The notes under the pieces were generated by a model. It searched no databases, was not told the origin of the DNA, and saw nothing but the letters and a program-made list of their open reading frames with translations. Positions 1-13,069 of a stretch of DNA of 52,576 bases are shown here, in pieces. Made by a program: the position numbers and the translations under genes. This DNA is from Malacoraja senta (lineage: Eukaryota). Every line of letters starts with the position of its first letter. Position 1 is the first letter of the stretch. The DNA is taken from contig JAXLNO010000391.1 in the NCBI GenBank assembly GCA_038087875.1, forward strand, positions 1 to 52,576, given 5' to 3'.

Positions 1-150
1 AGATACAAGGATCGAACCCGCGGTGGTTAGGTATCGTATAGGGGAATTTGTGTTGTGTTATCCAAAATAAAGTTTAGTTGCTCAAGTGCTTGATTCACTA
101 TTATATTGACTGAAACTAGACTGGGGGGAGCTTAAAACAAGCTATTTACA
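1..150 (+). repeat. 3' part (R/U5) of an ERV 5' LTR, cut by the window edge
   Basis: AATAAA at 66-71; ends ...TTTACA at 150, one base before a perfect PBS. Confidence 0.75.
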
Positions 151-151
151 T

Positions 152-169
152 TGGGGGCTCGTCCGGGAT
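152..169 (+). promoter_or_regulatory. Retroviral primer-binding site, tRNA-Pro
   Basis: TGGGGGCTCGTCCGGGAT, the 18-nt PBS-Pro known from murine leukaemia virus. Confidence 0.92.
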
Positions 170-351
170 CTCAACAGACCCCCAACACAAGTTTGCGATT
201 AAGGGTGTTGAGCTGTTCCCGATCACGAGTGCAGAAACCGGCACCGCGGTGCGGTTTTCGCATTGATTTTTGGTACTTCGCTGGGAGTAGATCGATCAAT
301 CGACTTGGGAAAGGGTTCCAACGAGATCATAGAACAGAGTATAGCAAGCAC

Positions 352-416
352 GGGGGGGGTGGGGGGGGTGGGGGATGGTGGGGGGGGGGGGTGGGTGGGG
401 GGGTGGGGGGGGGGGG
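352..416 (+). repeat. G-rich low-complexity tract in the ERV leader
   Basis: About 65 nt of G runs interrupted by single T or AT. Confidence 0.9.
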
Positions 417-1462
417 TTAATAGCGCTCCTTTGGGTTAGAGGCCCATAAAACCAGGGTGGGGTTAGAAGCCATGCTGGGGTTGGGTTAGCGGCCCTTTAC
501 TGGGTTAGTGGCCCGAAACTTGGTCGTAGTTGGTAGCTGCAGCTGGTGGCAAAAGCCATAATTCAGTGTCAGATTTGGGCTAAAAGCCCTACTCAGAATT
601 GGTATCCGATTGGCGAGATATTGAAAAACAAGTCTGGTTTACGTGCTAAGCGGTGAAGCATTTGACCCATCATTGCTAGGAGGGCTGATTGAAAAGGTGC
701 GTTCCAAAATTCGGCATCGACTGCCAGCGTGAAGAGGCTAGGCGCTGACACCTGGTGCCAAGTAGGTGATAAGGAAGAGGCCTTTTGATGGGAAGAGCCT
801 AGGTTGGTTAGAGGCCACGCCTGTGTGAGATATCCGGATCTCTGAAAGGACAGGGGAGGACTCTCGTGAAGGCACCGGGCTCGGTGGCTATAGTATAGAT
901 TGGCTGGGAATACTCTAGTCCATCGAGATTTCATTGTTCGAGTAAATTTGAATTTAAACACACGTACGGTGAGTGGTACGCACCAAAGCTAATTGGTCCG
1001 ATCAGAACGAACTTAAATTTGCAGAATTAAAGCAACTAAATACAGAATTTCATATTGAAGTTCTGACCTGTACGGTAGAATTCGAATTCTGTGTATATAG
1101 AACTTCGAAATTTGTATAACATGTTTGAGATCGATTCCGAATAGCGGCTGATCAACCGTGAGTAGTAACCCTCTGGTCGATTGTTGATTAGTACCTGATA
1201 GCGAAGAGTAACTGAAAGAAGGGAACCTGATTTTTTGGTGAAAAGTAACCAGATGGGTAAAAGTACCTAGGGGAGGAAAAGTAGTTGAAGGGGAAAAGTA
1301 TTCAATTAAGAAGTAGTACCCTAGGAAGGGGAAAATCTTCGGTATCAGAGGGAGAGGTTCACTGGTTGATAACAGCGTGACGCGGAATTGAAATCAAGTG
1401 TTTGCGAATTGTATGCTAGCGTGTTGTGACTATAGTGTATTGTAAATTTCCAGTGTATATCT

Positions 1463-2503
1463 TAGGTATGTTACAAAACTTACCTTCAGTCGCGCTGTAA
1501 TTCTGCCACTGGCCGTGTGCGCGATTTTGGCGCCTTTAAGGGGGGGGCGGGGTTAAAACGCGGTTTCTTCTCCCTTGTCCTGGAAATATTTTGTTGGAGT
1601 ACAAAACTTCGCTGACAAAATCGTTCCTACCCGCGTTTTGTGATTTTTTTTAATTTATTAAATCGTCAATGTCAGCGCTACAGTCATTTTAAAATCAGCT
1701 CCTGAAGCGTCAACGCCAATAACGGGGACGGATTTCACACAATGGACAGGTAAACGAAAGTGCTTTCTTTAAATGTATAAAAGTGCTTCTTAAGAAGCCT
1801 TTAATTCACATTTTGTCATGCGACACGGTGATTTTATTCCCCGAATTAACGGCAGTATTTTTCATGCCAATACGGGGTTAAATTCACCGCAAATGAACGT
1901 TCCAAAAGATCGCGTTCCAGAAATTCTCACTCGCAAGATGAATTAAATCCCCATTAATTTACAGGTATTAAACATTCAATTCCTTCCATTTGGCCTGTAA
2001 ATTCATGAAAATTAGATTAAAAAATTATGTTATATTGTGAATTATTGTGTGAATGTTATTTGGACACTTAGGCTATTTAAAAATGTTAATCTATTCTTAA
2101 GAAATTGATAGATGTTTAGATCTAGTAATTGAATTTTGTAATTAGCTACAATTAGGTAACTAACTAATTATATGCTTTACTTTCATGTCTTCGAAGTAAG
2201 ATTGTTTCATATTTGTTTCAGAATGCTTCAATCTATAATACCTGAAAATTTCTTTCAGTTACCATAATTTTTAAGAAAGTTATGGGCTTTTAACTGTCCT
2301 CGATCACAGCTTTTGTGTTAAGTCAATGGAAAAGCAATAGGGAACTAGATGCTAATTTCTGAGTATGATAATGGCCATAACTTTTTTAATACTGAAGATA
2401 TGAAAGTGAATTAAGTGTCAAATTAAACTTCTTTTTATGCTTTATCTGATGGGATAAATTGCAGACTTTATTTTTTAAATCTCAAAATTTTGTAACATTG
2501 CTA
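1463..2503 (+). mobile_element. Non-autonomous TIR DNA transposon with 7-bp TSD, copy 1
   Basis: TIRs TAGGTATGTTACAAAA / TTTTGTAACATTGCTA (14/16); TSD TATATCT at 1456-1462 and 2504-2510; second copy inverted at 37315-38357. Confidence 0.92.
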
Positions 2504-3056
2504 TATATCTTTTTTGGATCCGAACTGTATAAATATTTTGTGCATGTAAAACATATTTAGAGTGTGTGTTTAGATTGCGAACCGCTACTTGTATTGACTG
2601 TACTTAAGGATTTCGGGTGTTGGATAACTGGGGTAAAAGTGTATTTAAATTGAATATACGAGATTTGTTTGATTCAAAACTGTTAGTATTGTTAGTGTCC
2701 AATTCGTGGTGGTTCGATCGGGGTTCGTATTCTTCCGATCGCTGTGTCGGGGGAGGGATCATTCTGTTGACCGAGTACACCACAAGGAGGATTTACTAGA
2801 GCATTTGATTAATCGTAATAATAAGTGGATACTTGGTATGTTTATATTGGTATGTGTCTTTGTCTACTTATAATTGGGGGAATAGTTTCTTGTTTGAGAA
2901 TAGGTTTGCTTGCGTGCTTCGGGTTTATTTGTCTTTGTTAACTTAAAGTGTTCTGAGTGGGAGAGATTGCTGCTAGGAGATTTGAATATTAAGCACCTTA
3001 GTTTGGGAGACTGGAGATTCTTTGTTTACGGGCTGAAAGTTGAATGGGTGATTGTG

Positions 3057-3300
3057 AATATAACCATATAACCATTACAGCACGGAAACCCTTCCATCTC
3101 GGCCCTTCAAGTCCGTGCCGAACATTTTTTTTTAATTTTATTTTTTTTACTTCCCCCCAGTCCCATCTACCTGCACTCAGACCATAACCCTCCATTCCTT
3201 TCCTGTCCATATACCCATCCAATCTATTTTTAAAGGATAAAATCGAACCTGCCTCCACCACTTCCACTGGAAGCTCATTCCACACAGCTACCACTCTCTG
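3057..3300 (-). mobile_element. CR1 LINE 3' fragment
   Basis: QRVVAVWNELPVEVVEAGSILSFKNRLDGYM (CR1 ORF2 C-terminus), 3' UTR and short-repeat tail. Confidence 0.85.
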
Positions 3301-3594
3301 AGCAAATTGCTCTCTAAGATCAAATTGATAAGAAAGTTGAGTGCGTGATTGAAGGGTGATTGAGTAGAACAATTGAATAAAGTGATTGACTGAACTGATC
3401 GATTGAATAGAACGATTGGCTAGCGGTTGAATAAGATTGAATGTACGATTATGCGAGAGAGGTGTGAATCTGTTAGACGATGGCTATTGTGTGGAAGCGA
3501 TCGCAGTGGCCTTGGAGACTGAAAGGGAGGAGCGAGTGTAGAGGAGGTGTGAGTGCTTTGAAACTTATCTGTATTGTGTCTATTGTATAATAAC

Positions 3595-5142
3595 ATGGGA
3601 AATAGTCTAGAGAATGACCTAACAAACATTTCCGGAAGCCCATTGAAAATGATCTCCTCAGAAGGCAGAAAGATTAAGGAAATATTCGGGGAAACTAAAT
3701 AAAGAATTAGGAGGCGAATTATGGCCGATGGGTGGGTTGAAGTCCATAACATGACTAACTTATATAGAGAGAATTATTAGACAATACGGGGATAAGAAGG
3801 GAACAAACTCATTAAATTTGGAAGATGTTTTATACCGAAAGGAAGGTGAATAAAGAAATTGTTCTGCTTTCTGCTTTAAGGATGGCAGCCTCAAAGTTAG
3901 GGATAAGGCTGGAGGAAGAGAGAGCTGGTCCTTCTCTAGGTATTTCGGAAGAGAGAGAGGGAGACATTGAGAGGCAGCCGCAGGAGCAGGAAAGAACACT
4001 GACTTTTAAAGGGGAGATGACTACGATGGCTCTTAAAGGGGAGGTGACCCCGCCGACTAAGATTAAACTAATCAAATTTAGTAAAAGCGCAGTGGTTAGC
4101 GTGGATCTCGAGGGGAGAGAAGCCCAATATTTAAGAGGATGGGCAGACTTTTTTTGAGCAGTGTCGCCCTCTCACACTCCTATTTCTCTCAGCCCTCTCA
4201 TGCTCCTAGTTATAAAATACCTTGCGCAGCCTGCGAATAGGGCGCTCAGGTGAAGTTGGCGGCATCTTCGACTCCACCCACTGAACTTAAATCCATAGCA
4301 GGGAAATCGGGAGAGGACTCTCTGGCTCTGATGATTGCTTCACCAGCAGAGGATAGTGTGAAGGATCAGGGAGCTAGAAAGAAGGTTCATCAGAAGTGGG
4401 TACCGAAATTGATTAAAAGACCAACTGGAGAAGTATAGGAATCATTCGTAAAATATAGAGATTCCTTTAGCAGAAGGAGCAGTGTCTCTGAGGGTGAGGC
4501 AATAGTGGGTTGAGAAATAGTTGATCCTGATATCGCTAAAATTATAAAATCAGAACAGATTCCTGATATCATGGAAATGGAGCGAATTCCCCTTAGGCAA
4601 TCCCCTAGTAGGAAGCTGCCTACTCCACCTTTAGAATTGGATACTGCAGTAGGTGCAGACTATCTCCGGGCTACAGACACCCCTACCCGGTGTCGACAAC
4701 AACTAAATCCTTCCAGAGACCAGTAAAAATAATTCAAAAACTGGAAGTAACATCGAAGGAAGAGTAAGAATTTAAGGCATGGATCCCTCCTGATTACCTT
4801 AGGGACATGCCTATTCGAGAGCCTACTTTCCCTCAATTTAATTGGAGAGGCAATAGAACTGTCAGGCCCGCCCAATGCTATGTTTGCTGAGGAACGGGAC
4901 ATTGGAGCAGATCTTGCCCTATGAGGGAACACAGAGGAGGAAGGGGTCAAAGGAGAGGGCCACGGAGTCCGCGAAATCAAGGATCCCTAGAGGTTATAGG
5001 GATACTTGGGACACTGAAGATAGAGGAAGAGAACGCTGGCCAGAGGATCAGGGGGCAGGGAACCAAACATCGTTCTGCAGCCAAATCCATTTCGGTAGAC
5101 CTGATCTGCCAGCTAGTCCAGAGTGTGGACAAAGTAAGATGA
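3595..5142 (+). pseudogene. gag: ERV gag remnant with stops and frameshifts
   Basis: Starts MGNSLENDLTNISGSPL (myristoylation-type MG start); CX2CX4HX4C knuckle CYVC*GTGHWSRSC at 4876-4917 followed in frame by a basic RG-rich tail. Confidence 0.75.
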
Positions 5143-5806
5143 CCCTTGCCTCAAAGCCTAAAAGATGAAATTTTAGGGTATCCTCGTGACATTAGGATGG
5201 CCCAAGGAAAATAATAAATATTAACTAAATCGGAACAAAGATAGAACACCGCCCCTTTACAATCGCAGGAAGAGAGTTACAAAGAAGCTGATTGGGATTG
5301 AGAAACCTCACCAAAATAGAGACATAGCTGGTGTCAAAAAGGAAAAGAACTGAAGGGAACTCAGATTGGCACTAGGGAAAGAAGAAATGAATTATTGAGC
5401 AGGAGGTACAGGAGTAGGGATAGGGGCCATTGTAAACTTGTTTAATAACTTGTTGTAAAGTTGTTGTGCCTCCAGGACAGTGTTACCTACAACATATCAC
5501 TATCTGGGGAGTGAGGTAACAGAGTATGTGGACCCTTAAGAACGGGCAGAAGACACAGCTCAGGTAGGATGTGTAGCCATTATCTCCATTCAGTTAGCTC
5601 CCCAGAGACAAGGACCAACAACGAAGAAGAAGTGATACTGTCCTGTCCCTAAGATACATACCATTTGGGGAAGGCCAACAAACAAAGAAGGCTGCTCCAT
5701 GGTATTCCTACACCTTCAGAAAGAAAAAGAAGATACATACCCTGGTGCCCAACTATAACATAATATTTGACACCAGTGAAGGGAAAAGAAGAAAACAACA
5801 TCTGAA

Positions 5807-6389
5807 ACTCTCTGAAGGAGACTAAAGAAGGTCCATCTGTCTGCTCAGATTCTCGTGAACTTCTACCGCTGCACCATCGAGAGCATCCTTATCAACTGTA
5901 TCACAGTATGGTATGGCAACTGCTCTGTCTCCGACCGGAAAGCACTGCAGAGGATGGCGAAAATTGCCCAACGCATCACCGGTTCCTCACTCCCCTCCAT
6001 TGAGTCTGTCCAAAGCAAGCATTGTCTGCGAAGGACGCTCAGCATCGCCAAGGACTGCTCTCACCCCAACCACAGACTGTTTACCCTCCTACCATCCGGG
6101 AGGCGCTACAGGTCTCTCCGTTGCCGGACCACCAGGTCCAGGCACAGCTTCTTCCCTGCGGCTGTTACAATACTCAACACTGTACCTCGGTGACTGCCAA
6201 TCACCCCCCCCCCCCCAGACACTCCTCCCACCAGGAAAAATATTATGACTGTATGCACGTAAATAGATTTATTTATTGCTCATATTTATGTCGCTCCTCT
6301 GGGGAGATGCTAACTGCATTTCGTTGTCTCGGTACTGTACACTGCACAATGACAATAAAGTTGAATCTGAATCTGAATCTGAATCTGAA
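5807..6389 (+). mobile_element. Rex1/Babar LINE 3' fragment
   Basis: FYRCTIESIL...HRLFTLLPSGRRYRSL...SFFPAAV; CAATAAAG then (GAATCT)n tail. Confidence 0.9.
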
Positions 6390-7456
6390 GAAATACAAAC
6401 AACCGCTGAAGACCATTGAGGCAAGCACCAATTAGAACAAATTAAATTTGGAAATGAATACTCTGGTTCGGGGACACCTACTTTGCACCTAAATTCTAGT
6501 AAATAGAAATAAATTGACAACATTCTGAATTCGATCTCTAAATTGTATAGTGATGAATTGGAAGGACTTTAAAAATTGAGATTTGGGACTGACTTATGAG
6601 ATCTGGCTTAGGAGAATTTTTAAATCTGATTATTAACTTGGTATTTTTATTGTCTCACCCCCAGACAGGCAGCAAAGATGGGAAGGATTATTCAAAGAAC
6701 ATCAGGGAAGGACGGAACTTGGAAAGGTCTAGTAAAATGAAGGAGTATCCATAGAGTGTGAGAGATGGCATTAAAATAGTAAGAAAGAAGAAATGTGAAT
6801 AGCAGAACTCCCCTTCGAGAAACCCAAGTTAACCGCCTAGAAAGAGTTACTGGGGAAGAAGTCTTATTGAATTAGAAGGAGTACTAGGGGAATGGGTACT
6901 TGTGTCAGAGTCTATGTATTTGACTGGTGAATCTAACTTTGTCTAACCCTTGATTGTAAAGTGGCTTCTATTATCAAGGTGTAAATAAATTGTCCCTAGA
7001 TTCGGATTTCTTAATTGGCTTTATAATAATCTACAACATATGGAAATTAATTGATTAAATTTGAACAGCTGGGAATTCCACAGCAATTTAATTGAATTGT
7101 GTTATTGACTACGAGCTATGGAATGAAGAGGGTGAGATGGACCCTAAAACTCAAAATATTAAATTGAAGGCTGAGACTGAATTTGGTTGAATGAAAGCAT
7201 TCCCCATGGGTGTTTTGAATAAAAGTCATGCCTGTAGGGAAATCTGGATTGAACCCAGCTGAAATTTATATGAGAAACTAACATCACATATACATTGAAG
7301 AACACTGTGTGACTGCGGAGAGAACTGACTATATGTTAGTGTTGGTCCGAGTATGGGAAAGATTAATAGTACAGAAAAGGACTTGTGATTGACAGTGGAT
7401 GAATGTATGGGAAAGCATCAGTGCATGAATGGTAACTTACTCCATCCCAAGTTCTC

Positions 7457-8214
7457 TTAGGTAAGGGGGAGGTACAGAGAGACCTGGGTGTCCTTGTACA
7501 CAAGTCACTGAAAGTTGGCATGCAGGTACAGTAGGCAGTGAAGAAAGCTAATGGAATGTTGGCCTTCATAACAAGAGGATTTCAGTATAGGAGAAAAGAG
7601 GTTCTTCTGCAGTTGTATAGGGCTCTGGTAAGACCACATTTGGAGTATTGTGTACAGTTTTGGTCTCCTAATTTGAGGAAGGACATCATTATGATTGAGG
7701 CAGTGCAGTGTAGGTTCACAAGATTGATCCCTGGGATGGCGGGACTGTCTATGAGGAAAGTTTGAAAAGACTATGCATGTATTCACTGGAGTTTAGAAGG
7801 ATAAGGGGGTATCTTATAGAAACATATAACATTATAAAAGGACTGGACAAGCTAGATGCAGGAAAAATGTTCCCAATGTTGGGCGAGTCCAGAACCAGGG
7901 TCCACAGTCTTAGAATAAAGGGGAGGCCATTTAAGACTGAGGTGAGAAAAAACTTTTTCACCCAGAGTGTTGAGAATTTGTGGAATTCCCTGCCACAGAG
8001 GCCAGTGGAGGCCAAATCACTGGATTGATTTAAGAGATAGTTAGATAGAGCTCTAGGTGCTAGTGGATTCATGGGATATGGGGAGAAGGCAGGCACGGGT
8101 TATTGATTGGGGACGATCAGCCATGATCACAATGAATGGCGGTGCTGGCTCGAAGGGCCGAATGGCCTCCTCCTGCACCTATTTTCTATGTTTCTATGTT
8201 TCTATGTTTCTATG
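7457..8214 (+). mobile_element. CR1 LINE 3' fragment
   Basis: LQLYRALVRPHLEYCVQFWSP and FFTQSVENLWNSLP; (TTTCTATG)n tail. Confidence 0.93.
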
Positions 8215-8759
8215 AACATTCTCTCTGAAACCATATACATTTCCCTAAGTGCTCTGGTTTCCTCCCACATACCAATGTCTTGTTGGTTGGTAAATTAATA
8301 GGCTACAGTTAATGGTCCCTAGGTTAGCAATTGACAGGAGAATTCAGGAGGAGGTGGTAACGATGTCCTTACAAAAATAACTAATTTCAATGGGAGCTTT
8401 AACATTAGCATGGACACAGTCGGCCCAAGGGCCACATTCCATGCTGCATGGTTCTATGACTCTCAGAATCTTTAATGGAGGGTGTTCAAAGTGTGAAGGT
8501 TGAACTTCATCTACACCCAGACAGTGCAGTGGTCTCTTCTCATCGATAGATGCTTCTGCAGCAGGTAGATCAATGAAGGGAAGGCCAAGGAAGCTTATCC
8601 CTCAGGGTAGTTTTGCAGCAATCCATCATAAATTAATTCATAGAAGATAATTACAATCTATTACTGGATGAAACATGCATCCCACATGCAGGATATGGCT
8701 TAAATTTAAGTTCAGCAATGAAAGAATATCAAGTTTTGCCAAACTTCTGAGTCAAACAT

Positions 8760-9060
8760 AGAGTGATGGAGTCATACACAACACATGGACCTTATAGCCC
8801 ACCTAGTCCAGCCCAACCATCAAGTACCTATTTACAATGATCCCAAGTATCCATCAACTCCCCATTGATTCTATCACTCACTTACACACTGGGCTCAATT
8901 TACAGGGGCAATTAACTTACCAATCCACATATCTTTTGGATGTGGGAAGAAAGCAGGGTTATCCCACATGGTCACTGGGAGAACATACAATCTTCGCAAA
9001 GACAGCATCGGGGATCAGGATTGAACTCAGTCCACTGGATCTGTCGGGTACCATCTCTAA
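8760..9060 (-). mobile_element. Degenerate HE1/V-SINE-like SINE
   Basis: Reverse complement resembles the SINE copies at 13070 and 46932. Confidence 0.55.
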
Positions 9061-9061
9061 G

Positions 9062-9310
9062 AAAGACACCAAAGCTGCAGTAAATCGGCGGGTCAGACAG
9101 CATCTCTGGAGAAAAGGAATAGGTAACGTTTCGGTTCGAGACCCTTCTTCAGACTGAGAGTCAGAGGAAAGGGAAAAGAGATATAGACAGTGATAGAGAG
9201 ATATAGAACAAATGAATCAAAGATATACAAAAATGTAACGATGATAAAGGAAATAGGCCATTGTTAGCTGTGAGCTTGGTGAAAACGAGTTACAGACAAT
9301 GACTCAATTA
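9062..9310 (-). mobile_element. Penelope-like element terminal (pLTR) fragment
   Basis: Same repeat as 15262, 24016, 43011 and 43422; contains a minimal hammerhead motif. Confidence 0.65.
9122..9155 (-). ncRNA. Minimal type I hammerhead ribozyme motif
   Basis: Minus strand AGT-CTGAAGA-AGGGTCTCGAACC-GAAA-CGTT-ACC: CUGANGA, stem II (one mismatch), GAAA and palindromic ACGT stem III. Confidence 0.55.
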
Positions 9311-9811
9311 GACCATCTCTCCTTGCTGTGCCACAGTGCAACCTGAGGGAGTGTGAATTCATTCATTCCAAATGAAAATGAAAATATCGTTTGAGTTCAC
9401 TTGTATTCAAGGATAGAATAATAGGTTTACTTGTTAGTCGTAAAATTATAGTAAAGCTCATGTTGACATCATGCAGATGGACTTCATAATGAGAGAATGG
9501 GAAGAACCAGCCTTTTATCCAAAGGGACAAAATGAGAATATCAGTGAGAGAGACTGAGAGAGATATTCCAGACTTTTCCCCCCAAACATACTTGTAGCTG
9601 GACTAGAATGATCTCAGTGGAGACTTCTTCTCCTTTATACATTTTAACTGTGGATGTTATGTAATGTAAAGATGGGTTGAAATTGCGGATGGGGAAATCT
9701 GATGAACATTTCATTTTGTTTCTCTTCAATATTTTGCAGCTGTATTGCATCTGTGTCTCTCTGTTGTTCCAAGAAAATAAAAGGAAACATGGTGTGAGTT
9801 TCTCATGCTAA

Positions 9812-11617
9812 AAGGGCTGTCTCACTGTGCGAGTTGACCCACGAGTGACCCCGAGTTTAAAACAAATTTAACTCATGGTAATCACGTACAATTAACGTAG
9901 CGGAAACATCTGAACTCGTGGATGCAACTTAGCGACTCTTGGTGCTAACGGGAGGTACACGTGAAACTTGTTAACTCTTGCAAAAGTTCAAACATGTTTG
10001 TACTTTTCCACGAGTAAAATGTACTCTTGTGGTTAAAATTTGAAACATTTTAAACTCGTTGTAAGAACGTAGTGGCCCGTGCGTTTAACTTTGTGACTCG
10101 TGATTCTACCGTGGGAACTCTTTTTAGAAACAATAATCAGGGACAGAAAGATCAGTTACTTAGACTTTTTAAAGACAAATTCTGCTTAACAAAGTTAAGC
10201 AAGTTATTGATAAGGTGACAGAGTGGGTTGAAAAGAAAAAATTGCTTGAAGTTTATATATAAATTTGTGTTGTGTTGTGTTGTGTTGAAAAGCTTTTTGC
10301 TGATCCGTTTGATTCTCACTGTTTGTTTACTTCATTGCACAATAAAAGAGAGTTCTTTGCTATCAAGATCAAATTGATGTCTGGAAGTCTTCATTTTAAT
10401 ATCACTACAAAGTCTCATGTAATATTCCTTTCATCATAAAACACAAAATAGAGGAAGGCAAAATATATTCACATCTTGATTCTCACAATCATTTGTGAGA
10501 TTTAAGGACTCAACTGCCTCATATGCTGTGCTTTTTAAATGTTTAAAATTGTCACCTCTCAGTAGATCAGAAAATAAGACAAAGTCTTATGTGAAACAAA
10601 TGTCTTGAATGTGAAACAAAGTCTTTATTCTTGTTCAATATAAAAAACGCGTTTTTGCGCATATTGAGAAACGTAGCACTACAGCAAACACCACTGTCTG
10701 AAAAGGGCTTCTCATAAATGAAAATCAACAAATGAAGCACAAATAAAAGTATTTCCACTATATACTAATTCAGCTGAGAAATGCACAAGTCTAAATTCAG
10801 GCAATAAAAGATACAATGCAATGCGCTAAATGACAAGTTTTGAGATCTACAATCAGATAAGCAGATGCATGATAACCACGTTTTAAAGGAAAGACAGATG
10901 CAATGAAATTACTTTTACACCACAATAAAAAATAAAATCCACACTTAAAGTTAAACAATGAAAAGTCAGCAGGATTTAAACTAAACATGAAATTAACTGG
11001 ATTCTTCTGCATGTGGGCTCTCCTCATGCAGTGATGTACCTGTGGTCGGCAGCCGCTCAAAATAAGCTGTCCTGCCACGGCACACTGCCCAATTCTGAAT
11101 TATAGTAGGAGCAGAGATGGTCTCTCTGCTCTTTTGCACTGTTGGTCCCCGTGTTACCTCGAAAACACTGCAGTGGCACCAAAGTCTCGTCGTTTGTACC
11201 ACTCCTCCACGCACCTAGTGTTATTCTCCCTGTTTGACTGTCCACTAAGTCACCGTCCTGCATGGCTGTTGCTGATCCTGAAGCTGCACCTCTGATAGGG
11301 ATCAGGTTGTGCAGAACACATGCAGCAAACACAATAGTCTCTACGTTCTTTGGCTGGCATGACATCATTTTTTTTAACATGTGATGATTTTTCAACAGTT
11401 CGATATACATTGTTGCCTCAAGATTAACGGGAGAGGAACTTGGTACACTCGGGAGACGAACTTGGAACATCGCAGAAATGAGAAGTAAACGGGAAACGTA
11501 GACATACCCGTGGGAACTCGGTTAAACTCTGGATCATAAACTTGTAGTCTCGTACGCAACCACGAGTCTTTCACTCGGGGTCACTCGTGGGTCAACTCGC
11601 ACAGTGAGACAGACCTT
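9812..11617 (-). mobile_element. PIF/Harbinger DNA transposon, internal deletion derivative
   Basis: About 45-bp TIR AAGGGCTGTCTCACTGTGCGAGTTGACCCACGAG...; TAA TSD at 9809-9811 and 11618-11620; transposase remnant. Confidence 0.92.
11057..11390 (-). pseudogene. Harbinger (HARBI1-like) transposase C-terminal remnant
   Basis: PKNVETIVFAACVLHNL...AKEQRDHLCSYY...GSVPWQ. Confidence 0.85.
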
Positions 11618-13069
11618 TAAGTTTAACTCGGGCAGCATCTCCACCTGGAGGTGCCCTTAGTCTTATAGTCATATGCTTCTGGCATCTGGTTAACATCATT
11701 CCATCACACCCAATTTGTAATAGACTGAGGAAACATAGACTACTTGAATTCATGAAAATGATGGAATTATTGCCACTCTTTGTTCTTCTTTATTTATTTG
11801 GAAGCAGAAAATGTCAGATTTCAGGGAAGAGAAAAATCCTCTGGTTTATATAACCGAACTCAAACATTGCACAATTGTGACAAACCCTCTTGACCCATAA
11901 TAATTTCTCAGGCAGAAATACTGATGGCTTAACAAGTCAGTATTTCATTAAGTGACTGGTTTGTGTAAAATTCACTGAATGAAGCTAACGTTCCATTTGG
12001 ATACAAACATTTCAGCACCCAATGACACCAAGTTTCAACAAGGTAAAATCAATCAATCAGAGCTCCCGATCTTTCACATTCGGAAGTTTAACATGATCTA
12101 TGTTGAAAAATACCTGCCCATATGTATTGGATATGAATTGGACTGTGATGTCCTGGGCCATAGTAAATTCCATTTGGCCACTGCTTCAGAAAACTAAGAG
12201 AGCTATTGACTCCTATAGAACCCTAACCCAGGAAAACCCCCAGCATTTCCAATAGAAACACAGATCAGGAGAAACAAACTGCCAGCACCGTAACATGTTG
12301 TTATGGGATCTTTCTGATGACAGAACAACATAAAATCCATAGACTAGAAACAAAAAGGACAATGTACAAAAGTTACTCAATAAAATATTTCAGAAGAACT
12401 AAACTTGAAATAAAACAGAAAATGTTAGAAACAATAATAGTGGAGGAAAGAACGGAATCAACATTTCAAGTGATTGGTCTATCATAGAAAACATATGTAT
12501 GTTTTTAGCATCAAGATGTCTTTAGATTCTGGAGCATTGCGACAACAATGGAATCACCATCTAAAAAGCGCCAGTGCTATAGTATAGAATGATGAATAAA
12601 GGATTAAGTTTTATTGATCTAAACCTGGCTTTTGTTTATAAAATAATAAATGGGGAAGTTTACAATTACTTTTGAGTAATTTCCTAATTGAGAATTCTTT
12701 TCATACTGTTCCCAGATGCTTATGGAACCAAATATAGAAAATAGACTTGAGGTTGAATTTGTACTGCTACTTTCTGAATGAGACCTAGTTAATAAGAGGT
12801 GATTGTGGATACAGTTATTCAATTTCATAATGAATACATTCAGTTAATAATCAGAAAATCAAAATACTAATCTCAAGATTTTCTTTCGGTTTGGTAAATA
12901 TAGATGTTACTAAAAGAAAATCCAAACATAGATTGTACTGCATATACAACGATTGTATTACCTGCAAGGAGATCAATTTCAAAACTAGAACAAGTGACAA
13001 GCAATTAAAATATTGAGCCTGGGGAAATATGACATGAGGCCTTGCACACTAGATTTTTTTTCAAAAAAT

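Larger units (their letters stand above)
1..7456 (+). mobile_element. Decayed endogenous retrovirus (class I, gamma/epsilon-like), 3'-incomplete, with nested insertions
   Basis: LTR end, PBS-Pro, long leader and gag remnant with zinc knuckle; no 3' LTR seen; right boundary approximate (start of CR1). Confidence 0.65.

Noticed and set aside
151..420. 89-aa ORF ending in poly-Gly
   Set aside because: Starts in the PBS at TTG and only translates the G tract
1456..2511. Alternative 8-bp TSD (TATATCTT) for copy 1
   Set aside because: It needs asymmetric ends, and copy 2 supports only 7 bp
6640..6720. SHPQTGSK, reminiscent of the integrase YHPQSSG motif
   Set aside because: Too short and degenerate, with no supporting D,D(35)E context; not enough to call pol
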